This document shows positions 51,478-60,198 of a stretch of 64,000 nucleotides of DNA, one piece after another. This DNA is from Kiritimatiellia bacterium (GTDB taxonomy: Bacteria; Verrucomicrobiota; Kiritimatiellia; UBA8416; JBFIFS01). The notes under the pieces are model-generated. The model was given only the letters and a program-made list of their open reading frames with translations, searched no databases and was not told the DNA's origin. Positions within the stretch are counted from its first letter, which is position 1. Each line of letters begins with the position of its first letter. The DNA lies in NCBI GenBank assembly GCA_041602695.1, contig JBFIFS010000003.1, forward strand, positions 678 through 64,677, in the 5' to 3' direction. Position numbers and translations under genes: made by a program.

Positions 51478-51930
51478 TCAAGGCTTTGACCGGATTTCCT
51501 TGAGGTGCCGAACATATGCCTCAGCTCCACCCCGTCTGTAGCCAGTCCTGGCAATTACCTTTCCGTCTGCTCCCAGCACAAGCAGCGTTGGAAAGCCCTG
51601 AACATCGTACCTCTTCTGCAATGCATCGTTCTGCCTTACGACGTCCGCATCGAGCTTCTTTTTTGACGGGAAGTCGGCGAGGAACAGTATGAAGTTCTTT
51701 GACGCATGATCCTTAAACACTTCCTTGGAGAGCACTTCTGAATCAAGCCGTTTGCACCAGCTGCACCAGTCGGATCCGGAGAAATATGCAAGTATCGGCA
51801 GCTGTTTCTCGGCTGCCAGCTTTCGGGCCTGTTCAAAGTCAGTCATCCAGACAGATTCATCTGCAGCAGCCGCGCCTCCTGCCGCTATCATCAGAACTAT
51901 GCATGCCGTTATAATCCGGTTCAGCTTCAT
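51478..51930 (-). CDS. secreted thioredoxin-fold protein (WCSWC)
   Basis: Signal peptide, then ILAYFSGSDWCSWCKRLD, typical of thioredoxin_7/DsbD-gamma-like proteins. Confidence 0.75.
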   Translation of the reverse strand: MKLNRIITACIVLMIAAGGAAAADESVWMTDFEQARKLAAEKQLPILAYFSGSDWCSWCKRLDSEVLSKEVFKDHASKNFILFLADFPSKKKLDADVVRQNDALQKRYDVQGFPTLLVLGADGKVIARTGYRRGGAEAYVRHLKEIRSKP

Positions 51931-52172
51931 CTTTTTTCTCCGGTAGGTACCTTGTCCTTACAGGTCGATTCGGTCTCCCAGTCCCCCATTATTCTCAGCC
52001 GCTCCCGTTCCTCTTCAGCTCTTCCCTTGATCTTGTATGCGCAGTCCCTTACTACCCCAAACAGGACTGTTGAGGAATAATCGCAACAACCCATTTCTCC
52101 TTTGTCAGCCAGAATGATCATCTTCCTTACCAGCTCAAGGGTCTGCCGAACGTATTTGCAACTCTTGGACAT
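51927..52172 (-). CDS. small hypothetical Cys-containing protein (81 aa)
   Basis: Strong SD (AGGAGGGGAGGA). ATGA overlap with the downstream thioredoxin-like gene. Confidence 0.5.
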   Translation of the reverse strand: MSKSCKYVRQTLELVRKMIILADKGEMGCCDYSSTVLFGVVRDCAYKIKGRAEEERERLRIMGDWETESTCKDKVPTGEKR

Positions 52173-52203
52173 GATTCCTCCCCTCCTGTCTACAAGTTAC
52201 ATA

Positions 52204-52219
52204 CGCTAAATCCGTGCCA
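52204..52219 (-). promoter_or_regulatory. sigma-54 (-24/-12) promoter TGGCACGGATTTAGCG
   Basis: GG and GC are at the canonical spacing (TGGCAC-N5-TAGC). It sits ~32 nt upstream of ATG 52172 and directly downstream of a sigma-54 activator gene. Confidence 0.6.
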
Positions 52220-52286
52220 TATTTTGAATAAACATCTATATTGTTCGTAATGAAGGACTTGCGTGCTTGCGGGACTTCAAATCCGG

Positions 52287-52354
52287 CTGTGATGTCTCAC
52301 AGTGATTGCCTGTTTCAGGGGGAATCGCGAAACACAGAGACCTGCCTGAGACAT
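52287..52354. repeat. nested inverted repeats (possible enhancer/UAS or terminator of the regulator gene)
   Basis: CTGTGA-N4-TCACAG (52287-52302). ATGTCTCA (52292-52299) pairs with TGAGACAT (52347-52354). CTGTTTC (52310-52316) pairs with GAAACA (52329-52334). Confidence 0.4.
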
Positions 52355-52392
52355 GCCAGCCAGATAGGAGAATGTTCCGTCGAGAATGGTAT

Positions 52393-54141
52393 CTAACCTA
52401 CAATCCAGGGATTGGCATCGAGAAACCTATAGAGAGTAGCCCGTGACACGCCGAGTTTTCTGGCGGCTTCGAGCTTGTTTCCGCCCGTTGCGAGCAGCAT
52501 CTGTTTGACCGTGTCGGCATCAAGTTTCTTCCTGCGCCTGCGCGCACTGCGCGTCCCGCCTGTAAGGGCCGCAAGCCGTTCAAACGGTACCGCGTTCTGG
52601 CCCGGCGGGAGGTGGGCTGGCAGTATCTCGCTGCCGCGGCACTTGATGAGCGCGAACTGGATCCAGTTCTGCAGCTCCCTGATGTTGCCAGGCCATTCAT
52701 AGCTCAGAATGAGGTCCATGGCATCCGGCGACACCTTGATATCAGGACGGCCAAGCTCTTTGCGCATACGTGAAAGGAAATACTCGACGAGAAGCGGAAT
52801 GTCGTTGACGCGTTCCCGCAACGGCGGAAGGCGCACGGGCACTACACTCAGGCGGTAGAACAGGTCCTCCCTGAATCGTCCTTCAGAAATCTCATTGGCG
52901 AGATCCTTGTTGGTCGCGCTGATAAGCCGGACGTCGACCTGGACGGTCTTCTCACTGCCGACCCACTCGAATCTTCCTTCCTGAAGGACGCGAAGGAGCT
53001 TTACCTGCATGGCAGGAGAGATGTCGCCTATCTCGTCCAGGAAGATAGTACCGCCATCTGCAAGTTCAAACCTTCCCTTCTTGTCCCTTATGGCTCCGGT
53101 AAACGCGCCCTTCACATGTCCAAAGAGCTCACTTTCCAGGAGGTTCTCAGGAAGAGCTCCGCAGTTGACTGGAACAAAGAGCCTGCTGCCGCGCACACCC
53201 TCATTATGTATGGCAGCTGCAACGAGCTCTTTGCCCGTGCCGCTTTCGCCCTGCACGAGCACGGGAGCGTTTACATCCGCCAGCTCGCGGATGGTCTCAA
53301 ACACATCCAGCATTACGGGGTCTTTACCGATTATGCCCGCGAAATTCTCTATTTCGCGTGCCCGCCTGGCAAGCCGTTTCTCTCGCGTAATGTCCCTGAA
53401 CGAGGCAATGATGCCGCGCATTTGACCCGCAGCGTCGAGCATGCCCTTTGCCGTCATCTCCATGGTCTTGCGCTCACCGGCCTTGCTGTAGATCTCCAGC
53501 TCCCGCACGCTCCTGTCGAGGTTCTTCGGAGTGTCGCCATCGCAGAACATGCATTTTCCGCCGCAGAAACTGCCTGGAAAAATGTCGTGGCAGTCCTTGT
53601 TCAGGACCTCTGAACGATCATACCCCGTCATCTCCTCGGCAGCGCGGTTGAAAAAGAAGATTCGGCGGTCCATGTCATGGGCTATGATCCCGTCATGGAT
53701 ATTGTCCAAAACAAGGTTCTCGCAGAACTTTGCATCGACGAGCGCGGACATGTAACCGCGCTCGACAAACTCCCTGACCAGTTCACCGATCAGCACTGAG
53801 GTCTTCTGCCATGAAGACGCGGCTCCTGTCGGCTCTGCCACATTCCACATCACTATCTCAGGATGCCCGGGCAGCAGCGATTTCTGCGCTCCGAGAGACC
53901 CGGAAACGACGACCGCGACGTCTATATCGTCGCTGACCATATCTGTCAGCTTGGTCGCGGTGCTGCCTGCCTCGGCAATCTTGGCAATGGCCTTCCTGGC
54001 GGCCGGAGCGAGTTCCTTGTCATCAGTTACAGCGCAGCTCACTTCCACATCCTGCAAGCCAAGCGCTGCAGCATGTGCGCACGCCAAATGGCACAGCCCG
54101 TTCCTGCCCCCGCTGACAAAGAGTATACGCGCTTTAGCCAC
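52393..54141 (-). CDS. sigma-54-dependent transcriptional activator (LMW-PTP-like domain, PAS, AAA+, Fis-type HTH)
   Basis: GESGTGKE Walker A, GAFTGA, and a C-terminal HTH (GNKLEAARKLGVSRATLYR). GTG start at 54141. Confidence 0.9.
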   Translation of the reverse strand: MAKARILFVSGGRNGLCHLACAHAAALGLQDVEVSCAVTDDKELAPAARKAIAKIAEAGSTATKLTDMVSDDIDVAVVVSGSLGAQKSLLPGHPEIVMWNVAEPTGAASSWQKTSVLIGELVREFVERGYMSALVDAKFCENLVLDNIHDGIIAHDMDRRIFFFNRAAEEMTGYDRSEVLNKDCHDIFPGSFCGGKCMFCDGDTPKNLDRSVRELEIYSKAGERKTMEMTAKGMLDAAGQMRGIIASFRDITREKRLARRAREIENFAGIIGKDPVMLDVFETIRELADVNAPVLVQGESGTGKELVAAAIHNEGVRGSRLFVPVNCGALPENLLESELFGHVKGAFTGAIRDKKGRFELADGGTIFLDEIGDISPAMQVKLLRVLQEGRFEWVGSEKTVQVDVRLISATNKDLANEISEGRFREDLFYRLSVVPVRLPPLRERVNDIPLLVEYFLSRMRKELGRPDIKVSPDAMDLILSYEWPGNIRELQNWIQFALIKCRGSEILPAHLPPGQNAVPFERLAALTGGTRSARRRRKKLDADTVKQMLLATGGNKLEAARKLGVSRATLYRFLDANPWIVG

Positions 54142-54144
54142 TTC

Positions 54145-55461
54145 TTAGCCGAACATATACTGATTGACGATGTTCTCGAGAAGCTCCTGCCGTCCGCTTC
54201 TGCGCTTCGGCTCACCATTCTTGAGGACATAGCGTTCGAGCTCGCGGAAGTCTGTCTTGCCCTGCTCGATCTTCTTGCCGATGCCGCTGTCGTAAGAGGA
54301 GTACCTGTCCTCGATAAAGCCATCGAGCGCCTTGTCTGCGATCATTTCCGCCGCAATGCGCAGCCCCTTGGCGAAAGCGTCCATTGCGCCTATGTGGGCG
54401 ATGAAGAGGTCCTCGCCGTCCACTGATCCGCGCCGTACCTTGGCGTCGAAGTTCAGCCCGCCGCTGCCTATGCCCTTCTGCTTCAGGATCACATACATGG
54501 CAAATGCCGCATCGTAGACATCAGTCGGGAACTGGTCTGTATCCCAGCCCAGCAGCAAATCGCCGCGGTTGGCGTCAACACTGCCTAGCAGCCCGTTTGC
54601 CGAAGCCACGGTAAGCTCGTGCTGGAAGGTATGTCCGGCCAGCGTGGCATGGTTTGCCTCCACGTTCAGCTTGAAATACTTCTTAAGCCCGTAGCTCTTC
54701 AGGAAGCTGATCACCGCGGCGCAGTCGGAGTCGTACTGGTGCTTTGACGGCTCTTTCGGCTTCGGCTCAATCAGGAACTGCGCGCCAAACTTTATGCTCT
54801 TGGCGTAGTCAACGGCCATGTGAAGAAATTTGGCCATGTGATCGAGCTCGCGCTTCATGTCGGTATTCAGCAGGGTCTCATAGCCTTCCCTGCCGCCCCA
54901 GAAGACATAGTTCTCGGCCCCGAGCTTCTTGCCTACCTCAAGCATCTTCTTAACCTGCGCTGCAGCGTAGGCAAACACGTGCGCGTCGGGGTTGGTCGAG
55001 GCACCATGCATGAAACGCGGGTGGCTGAACATGTTCGATGTGTTCCAGAGCAGCTTCTTGCCCGTGTCTTTCTGGAGCTTCTTTGCGAGGTCAACGATCT
55101 TGTCGAGCCTCTGGTTCGTCGCCTTCAGGCTCGATGCCTCAGGGGCAATATCCCTGTCGTGGAAACAGTAGTAATCTACGCCGAGCTTGGAGATGAACTC
55201 GAAGTTCGCGCGCATGGCGTCTTCCGCCTGCTTCATGGGCGTCTTCGCCCTGTCCCATGAACGGGAATAAGTTCCGGCGCCGAACTGGTCGCTTCCCGAC
55301 CCCTTGAAAGTATGCCAATAGGCCACTCCAAACCTGAGGTGCTCCCGCATAGTTTTGCCGGCGATCACCTCGTCCGGATTGTATTCCTTGAATGCCAGCG
55401 GGTTCTTTGAGTCACTGCCCTCGTAGGGAATCTCTTTCACTTTCGGAAAGAACTGTTTCAT
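54145..55461 (-). CDS. xylA: xylose isomerase
   Basis: 438 aa with FHDRD, WGGREG and IEPKPKEP motifs. Confidence 0.95.
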   Translation of the reverse strand: MKQFFPKVKEIPYEGSDSKNPLAFKEYNPDEVIAGKTMREHLRFGVAYWHTFKGSGSDQFGAGTYSRSWDRAKTPMKQAEDAMRANFEFISKLGVDYYCFHDRDIAPEASSLKATNQRLDKIVDLAKKLQKDTGKKLLWNTSNMFSHPRFMHGASTNPDAHVFAYAAAQVKKMLEVGKKLGAENYVFWGGREGYETLLNTDMKRELDHMAKFLHMAVDYAKSIKFGAQFLIEPKPKEPSKHQYDSDCAAVISFLKSYGLKKYFKLNVEANHATLAGHTFQHELTVASANGLLGSVDANRGDLLLGWDTDQFPTDVYDAAFAMYVILKQKGIGSGGLNFDAKVRRGSVDGEDLFIAHIGAMDAFAKGLRIAAEMIADKALDGFIEDRYSSYDSGIGKKIEQGKTDFRELERYVLKNGEPKRRSGRQELLENIVNQYMFG

Positions 55462-56408
55462 ATGCCTTCTCCTCCTTGTTCAATGTTGATTTCTGAACCC
55501 GTAATTATCGGGCTCGGCTGCTTGTTGTAAACCTTTGATCCCGGCGGAATGGAATGCGTGAGCCACACGTTTCCGCCAATCTCAGCGCCGTCACCGATCT
55601 TGGTGTTCCCGCCGAGAATCGTTGCGCCTGCATATATCACGACATTATTTCCTACATCGGGATGGCGCTTGATTCCTTTGACGGGATTGCCGTTGGCGTC
55701 CTTCTCAAAGCTGAGCGCGCCAAGCGTAACACCCTGATAGAGCTTAACGTTCTCGCCAATCGTGGCAGTCTCGCCGATCACCACTCCCGTTCCGTGATCG
55801 ATAAAGAAGCCGGGTCCAATCGTGGCGCCTGGATGGATATCGATTCCGGTCTGCGAGTGCGCGTATTCCGACATGATCCTGGGAATCAGGGGCACGTTCT
55901 TGGCATAGAGCACGTGCGCTATGCGGTGGACAATCACCGCATATACTCCGGGATAACTCATTACGATTTCCATTGTCGAGCGGGCGGCGGGATCACCTTC
56001 GTAAGCTGCGGAGATGTCCCTCTGCAGAATCTTCTGAATATCTCCTAGCCCCTCAAGCAGGTGTACTACAACAGACCTCGAATTCTCATCGCAGTTGTCG
56101 CATTTCTCACAGTCCCTGCCGTGGTCCACCGTGCACTGGTACTCCAGCGCCATCCTGATCTGCTCCTTCAGGGCGGAACTGGCCCTGCCAAGGCGGTCCT
56201 TCATGAAATCGTCGAGCGAGCTGTTTACCGTTTCGTGGCCGTGGCATCCTGGAAACAAAATCGAAATCAGGTCGTTGAGCACCTCGTGCACGGCCTGCTG
56301 GCCGGCCAAGGTCATCCCCTTTTCCGTTTTGGCGCCAATAGGGCACTGCCAGCACCTTGAGAGGTCCTGTATCACTCGATCAGCGTGCTCTGTGAGCCAG
56401 TCTTTCAT
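55458..56408 (-). CDS. cysE: serine O-acetyltransferase (long form)
   Basis: Left-handed beta-helix hexapeptide repeats and [24 protein letters not shown]. Confidence 0.85.
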   Translation of the reverse strand: MKDWLTEHADRVIQDLSRCWQCPIGAKTEKGMTLAGQQAVHEVLNDLISILFPGCHGHETVNSSLDDFMKDRLGRASSALKEQIRMALEYQCTVDHGRDCEKCDNCDENSRSVVVHLLEGLGDIQKILQRDISAAYEGDPAARSTMEIVMSYPGVYAVIVHRIAHVLYAKNVPLIPRIMSEYAHSQTGIDIHPGATIGPGFFIDHGTGVVIGETATIGENVKLYQGVTLGALSFEKDANGNPVKGIKRHPDVGNNVVIYAGATILGGNTKIGDGAEIGGNVWLTHSIPPGSKVYNKQPSPIITGSEINIEQGGEGI

Positions 56409-58201
56409 TCTCTTCCTTCAGGGACTTCGCCCCGCGCTATACAAATCGTTACATGCTCGGCGCCAGCGTTGCGCGAACCGCACGAAGCGAGAAGTTTGTC
56501 AAAAGGTGTACCATAATGACAGTCTATACTTCGAATTTCAATGCCGCCGCTGCCGCAAAGCTCGACAAAGTCCTTTAACGTAAAAAGGTGGATGTTCGGC
56601 GTGTTGTACCATTCGAAAGGAAGGGATCCTCCTTTCGGCATTCGTCCCCTGAGTAACAGGCTCAGCCTGTGGCTCCAATTGCCAAAGTTGGGAAAAGTGA
56701 CAATACATTCCTTAGCTATCCTCAGCGTTTCCTCGAGGACCTTGCGGGGTTTCCTGACCACCTGCAGCGTATTATTGAGTATCACATAGTCAAAGGAATC
56801 TTCCGTAATGTCCCGCAGCTGTTCGTCAATGTCGGACTGAATCACATCCATGCCACGGTCGATGACTGAAATAACGTGCTCAAGGTCCAGATCGACACCC
56901 ATGCCGGTTACCCCCGCGTTATCAATAAGGTACTGAAGCAGAGATCCGTCTCCGCAGCCCAGGTCCAGCACTCTCGCGCCTTTACGGACCCGGCGCGCCA
57001 CCGCAGCGTATTTCCCGCCCGCCACCGTCTCTACAGACCGGTCCGACAGCCTCTTCTGCCTGAGATCCTCATTCCCCCGCCCCTCGACCCATGGGAGAAA
57101 CGCGCCTAACAGACTGCAAAGGTTCTCGATGTCCACAAGGAACGCATCATGACCGTGCGGCGCTACAAGTTCACAGTACGAGACCTCGCATCCTCTCTCC
57201 AATAGCCAGTTTGCGAGCTCCCGTGACTGCGAGGGAGGAAAGAGCCAGTCTTCGCTGAGCGCAACGATGAGGAACTTTGACTCGATAGCGTCGAGAAGTT
57301 TCTGGTCGCTGCCGTATTTCGCGCTGAAGTCAAATTCGTCCATTGCCCGCGTGATGAGCAGGTATGAGTTGGCATCAAACCGGTCTACAAACTTGCGGCC
57401 CTGGTGGTCGAGATAGCTCTCGACCTCAAAACCGGACCCGTAACCCTTCGATTTCGCGGGTTCATCCTTCTTCTCGCGGCCGAACTTCTTGGTCATCATC
57501 TCCTGGGAAAGATAGGTGATATGCCCAATCATGCGGGCCTGGGACAAGCCATGTGCCGGGCCGCCGGCACCGTCATAATAATCACCTTCTTTCCAGCCGG
57601 GGTCAGAAGTGATCGCTTTACGGCCAACTACGTCGAAAGCCAGGGCCTGGGCGGAAAGGCTGTTTGACGAGGCAATGCAGATTGACCTCCTGACGGTCTG
57701 CGGATATTTCGCCGTCCACTCCAGGACCTGCATTCCGCCAAACGACCCGCCGATCACGGCGGCGAGCTTTTCTATTCCCATCTGTCTGAGCAGGGCCACA
57801 TGCACGTCAACTATGTCTGAAACGGTTATGTGAGGAAAACGAGGCCCGTAAGGCCTGCCCGTTACGGGATCATCAGAGGAAGGGCCAGTGGTGCCCTTGC
57901 ATCCGCCAAGTATGTTGGCGCAAACCACGTAATAAAGATTTGTGTCAATCCCCTTGCCGGGCCCGACCATCTCGTCCCACCAGCCTTTCCTGCCGTCCTC
58001 CTCGTGAACGCCGGCTACGTGTGCATCACCGGAAAGCGCGTGACATATAAAAATCACGTTGTCTTTAGCGGCCGTCAGCTCGCCGTAGGTCTCATAGGCT
58101 ACGGTGACAGCAGGCAGAACTTCTCCATTCTCAAGCTTGAGCCCGCCCTGAGGCAGCTCGAGCTCAACGGTCTGCGTTCTAACTTTCAGCTCTTCGGTCA
58201 T
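56405..58201 (-). CDS. metXW: homoserine O-acetyltransferase fused to a MetW domain
   Basis: N-terminal alpha/beta hydrolase (GGSFGGMQ nucleophile elbow). C-terminal ~200 aa are MetW-like (VLDLGCGDGSLLQYL). Confidence 0.85.
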   Translation of the reverse strand: MTEELKVRTQTVELELPQGGLKLENGEVLPAVTVAYETYGELTAAKDNVIFICHALSGDAHVAGVHEEDGRKGWWDEMVGPGKGIDTNLYYVVCANILGGCKGTTGPSSDDPVTGRPYGPRFPHITVSDIVDVHVALLRQMGIEKLAAVIGGSFGGMQVLEWTAKYPQTVRRSICIASSNSLSAQALAFDVVGRKAITSDPGWKEGDYYDGAGGPAHGLSQARMIGHITYLSQEMMTKKFGREKKDEPAKSKGYGSGFEVESYLDHQGRKFVDRFDANSYLLITRAMDEFDFSAKYGSDQKLLDAIESKFLIVALSEDWLFPPSQSRELANWLLERGCEVSYCELVAPHGHDAFLVDIENLCSLLGAFLPWVEGRGNEDLRQKRLSDRSVETVAGGKYAAVARRVRKGARVLDLGCGDGSLLQYLIDNAGVTGMGVDLDLEHVISVIDRGMDVIQSDIDEQLRDITEDSFDYVILNNTLQVVRKPRKVLEETLRIAKECIVTFPNFGNWSHRLSLLLRGRMPKGGSLPFEWYNTPNIHLFTLKDFVELCGSGGIEIRSIDCHYGTPFDKLLASCGSRNAGAEHVTICIARGEVPEGRE

Positions 58202-58286
58202 TGCAAAAAAGCGGCGCCTATCAGCCGCACTCCAAAATCATTCATTGATGAAAGGATCCACGCGCTCTCCCTGCGCCGTATTTGTC

Positions 58287-58601
58287 CTACTCCCTGGTTT
58301 CTTCCCTGATCCACTGCAGGTAGGCTTCCAGGCCGCCTTCTATATTCACGGCTATTGCTTCAGGCACCTCGTAGGAGTGGTTGTCCCTAAGCCACTCTAT
58401 CGCGCGCTCCACAAGGTCCCCTCTCGTCTTGACGATCAGGAGCACTTCCTCTGCCGTCTCTACCGAGCCCTGCCACCTGTAAACGCTCTTTATAGGCGTC
58501 TGCTGGACGCACGCGGCCAGCCTTCCTTCCACAAGGCCACTCGCAAGCTTATCAGCCTCCTCCGCAGAACCTGCAGTCGAATATATAACAGCAAAAGCCA
58601 T
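58287..58601 (-). CDS. cutA: divalent-cation tolerance protein CutA
   Basis: 104 aa. GRLAACVQ....S.YRW.G motif. Confidence 0.85.
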   Translation of the reverse strand: MAFAVIYSTAGSAEEADKLASGLVEGRLAACVQQTPIKSVYRWQGSVETAEEVLLIVKTRGDLVERAIEWLRDNHSYEVPEAIAVNIEGGLEAYLQWIREETRE

Positions 58602-58751
58602 TTAGCCCCCTTATTGAGACACCGAATGAGACATTACTTGTCCTGGTGGCCATATACAACAGAAAAGCATGGCATAAACCTTTAGATTTGACGCAGGAGA
58701 GAGTGGGCTGCATCTCCGGCACAGGGCAGGCGGTGGATCCTTGCGATCTAT

Positions 58752-59666
58752 CTAGCGCTTCGCAGCGCCCCTACTTGCTGCCTCAAGCTGGCGCGCGAGG
58801 CGCATGATGGCCTGTTCTTTGGCTTTTGCCTCGATTTCTACGGTTATATCCAGATCTTTCCAGCTTTCTGGCAGGTCTTTGATATTGATGTAATCGTGAT
58901 GTCGTGATGGTTTGGGGCCGGTCCAGCCTTCACGAGGGCTCGAAAGGTGGAACACCGGTTCACGATCCCAGGTCTCGAGTGCCTGCTGGGCAGCCTCCTC
59001 TTCCGTCAAGACGTCCGGCAGGCAGCGGTGGTGGTGCACGTCATAAATCATCGGAACTTTAGTCCGACGGCAGAGCGGCAGGAGGTCTGAAGGGGTATAG
59101 ACCCTGTCATCATTCTCAAGGGTCAGGCGCTTTCTGACGGCCGCCGGCAGGCTCTTTATCGCGGTCTCCACCCTGGCAAGTGCGGCTTCCTTGTCTCCAT
59201 AGGCACCGCCGCCGTGTATATTAATCACATCAGCATGAATCCAGCCGGCCACCTGGGCCTGATATTTCAGCTCGCCTATCGATCGGGCCGTAAGCGCCTC
59301 ATCGACAGAGCTTAGGACCACGAACTGATCAGGATGGAAAAGAGTCCGAATGCCGTGCTTCCGTGCGAAAGAACCGCACTCTTTGAACTTGCGTTTGATT
59401 TCTTCTCCAGCCGGAAGTTCGCCGACCTCATAGCCGACTTCCGGATGGGTCTTGACCGGCAGTATCTGGCTGTTTACCCGGAAAGCCCCGATTCCGTGCG
59501 CTGTGCAGTAATCCAGCGCCGAAAGCAGCGCTTCTGCGTTGCGCAGGCATATATCAGAGAGCTTGGCCAGCGCCTCGTCGCGGGCCAGACGCGATATTGA
59601 AGTCACCGTCGTTGTCCTGAACCTGATAGGTTCAGCGAGAAATTTACAGCAAAGCCCAAGCCTCAT
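58752..59666 (-). CDS. uvsE: UV damage endonuclease
   Basis: MRLGLCCKF N-terminus, TIM-barrel UVDE pattern. 304 aa. Confidence 0.85.
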   Translation of the reverse strand: MRLGLCCKFLAEPIRFRTTTVTSISRLARDEALAKLSDICLRNAEALLSALDYCTAHGIGAFRVNSQILPVKTHPEVGYEVGELPAGEEIKRKFKECGSFARKHGIRTLFHPDQFVVLSSVDEALTARSIGELKYQAQVAGWIHADVINIHGGGAYGDKEAALARVETAIKSLPAAVRKRLTLENDDRVYTPSDLLPLCRRTKVPMIYDVHHHRCLPDVLTEEEAAQQALETWDREPVFHLSSPREGWTGPKPSRHHDYINIKDLPESWKDLDITVEIEAKAKEQAIMRLARQLEAASRGAAKR

Positions 59667-59730
59667 GAAGTCAGGCTACATTCGGTCCGCAGTAAAAGCC
59701 AGTGCTGATTGCGCGTCGGGAACCAGAGTT

Positions 59731-60198
59731 CTACAGTTCGTCCAAACGAGCCTGGACATTAGGGACGGTGTCAGTAGGGCTCACCTTATACCACGCATCT
59801 ATGATCCTGCCCTTCTCGTCGACCAGGAACGCCGACCTCAGGACCCCCATGTAGGATTTACCGTACATCTTCTTCTCAGCCCATACGCCATAGGCGTCAG
59901 CCACAGCGTGGTCTACATCCGCCAGGAGAGGGAAGCCGAGGGAAAATTTGTCATCGAACTTCTTCTGCGCGGCCGGCTTGTCCGGGCTTATACCAATGGC
60001 GGCTACCTTCAGCTCCGCAAGAGATTCCCTGGCGTCGCGCACGGCGCAGGACTGCGTGGTGCAGCCCGGCGTATCTGCCTTGGGGTAAAAGTAAAGAAGC
60101 AGCTTACCACCCCGGAAATCTTTCAATGACACTGTATTTTCAGACTGGTCTTTGAGGACAAAATCCGGCGCCTTATCGCCCGGCTTGAGGGTCGTCAT
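59731..60198 (-). CDS. bcp: thioredoxin-dependent thiol peroxidase (Bcp/PrxQ)
   Basis: FYPKADTPGCTTQSC active site. Confidence 0.9.
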   Translation of the reverse strand: MTTLKPGDKAPDFVLKDQSENTVSLKDFRGGKLLLYFYPKADTPGCTTQSCAVRDARESLAELKVAAIGISPDKPAAQKKFDDKFSLGFPLLADVDHAVADAYGVWAEKKMYGKSYMGVLRSAFLVDEKGRIIDAWYKVSPTDTVPNVQARLDEL

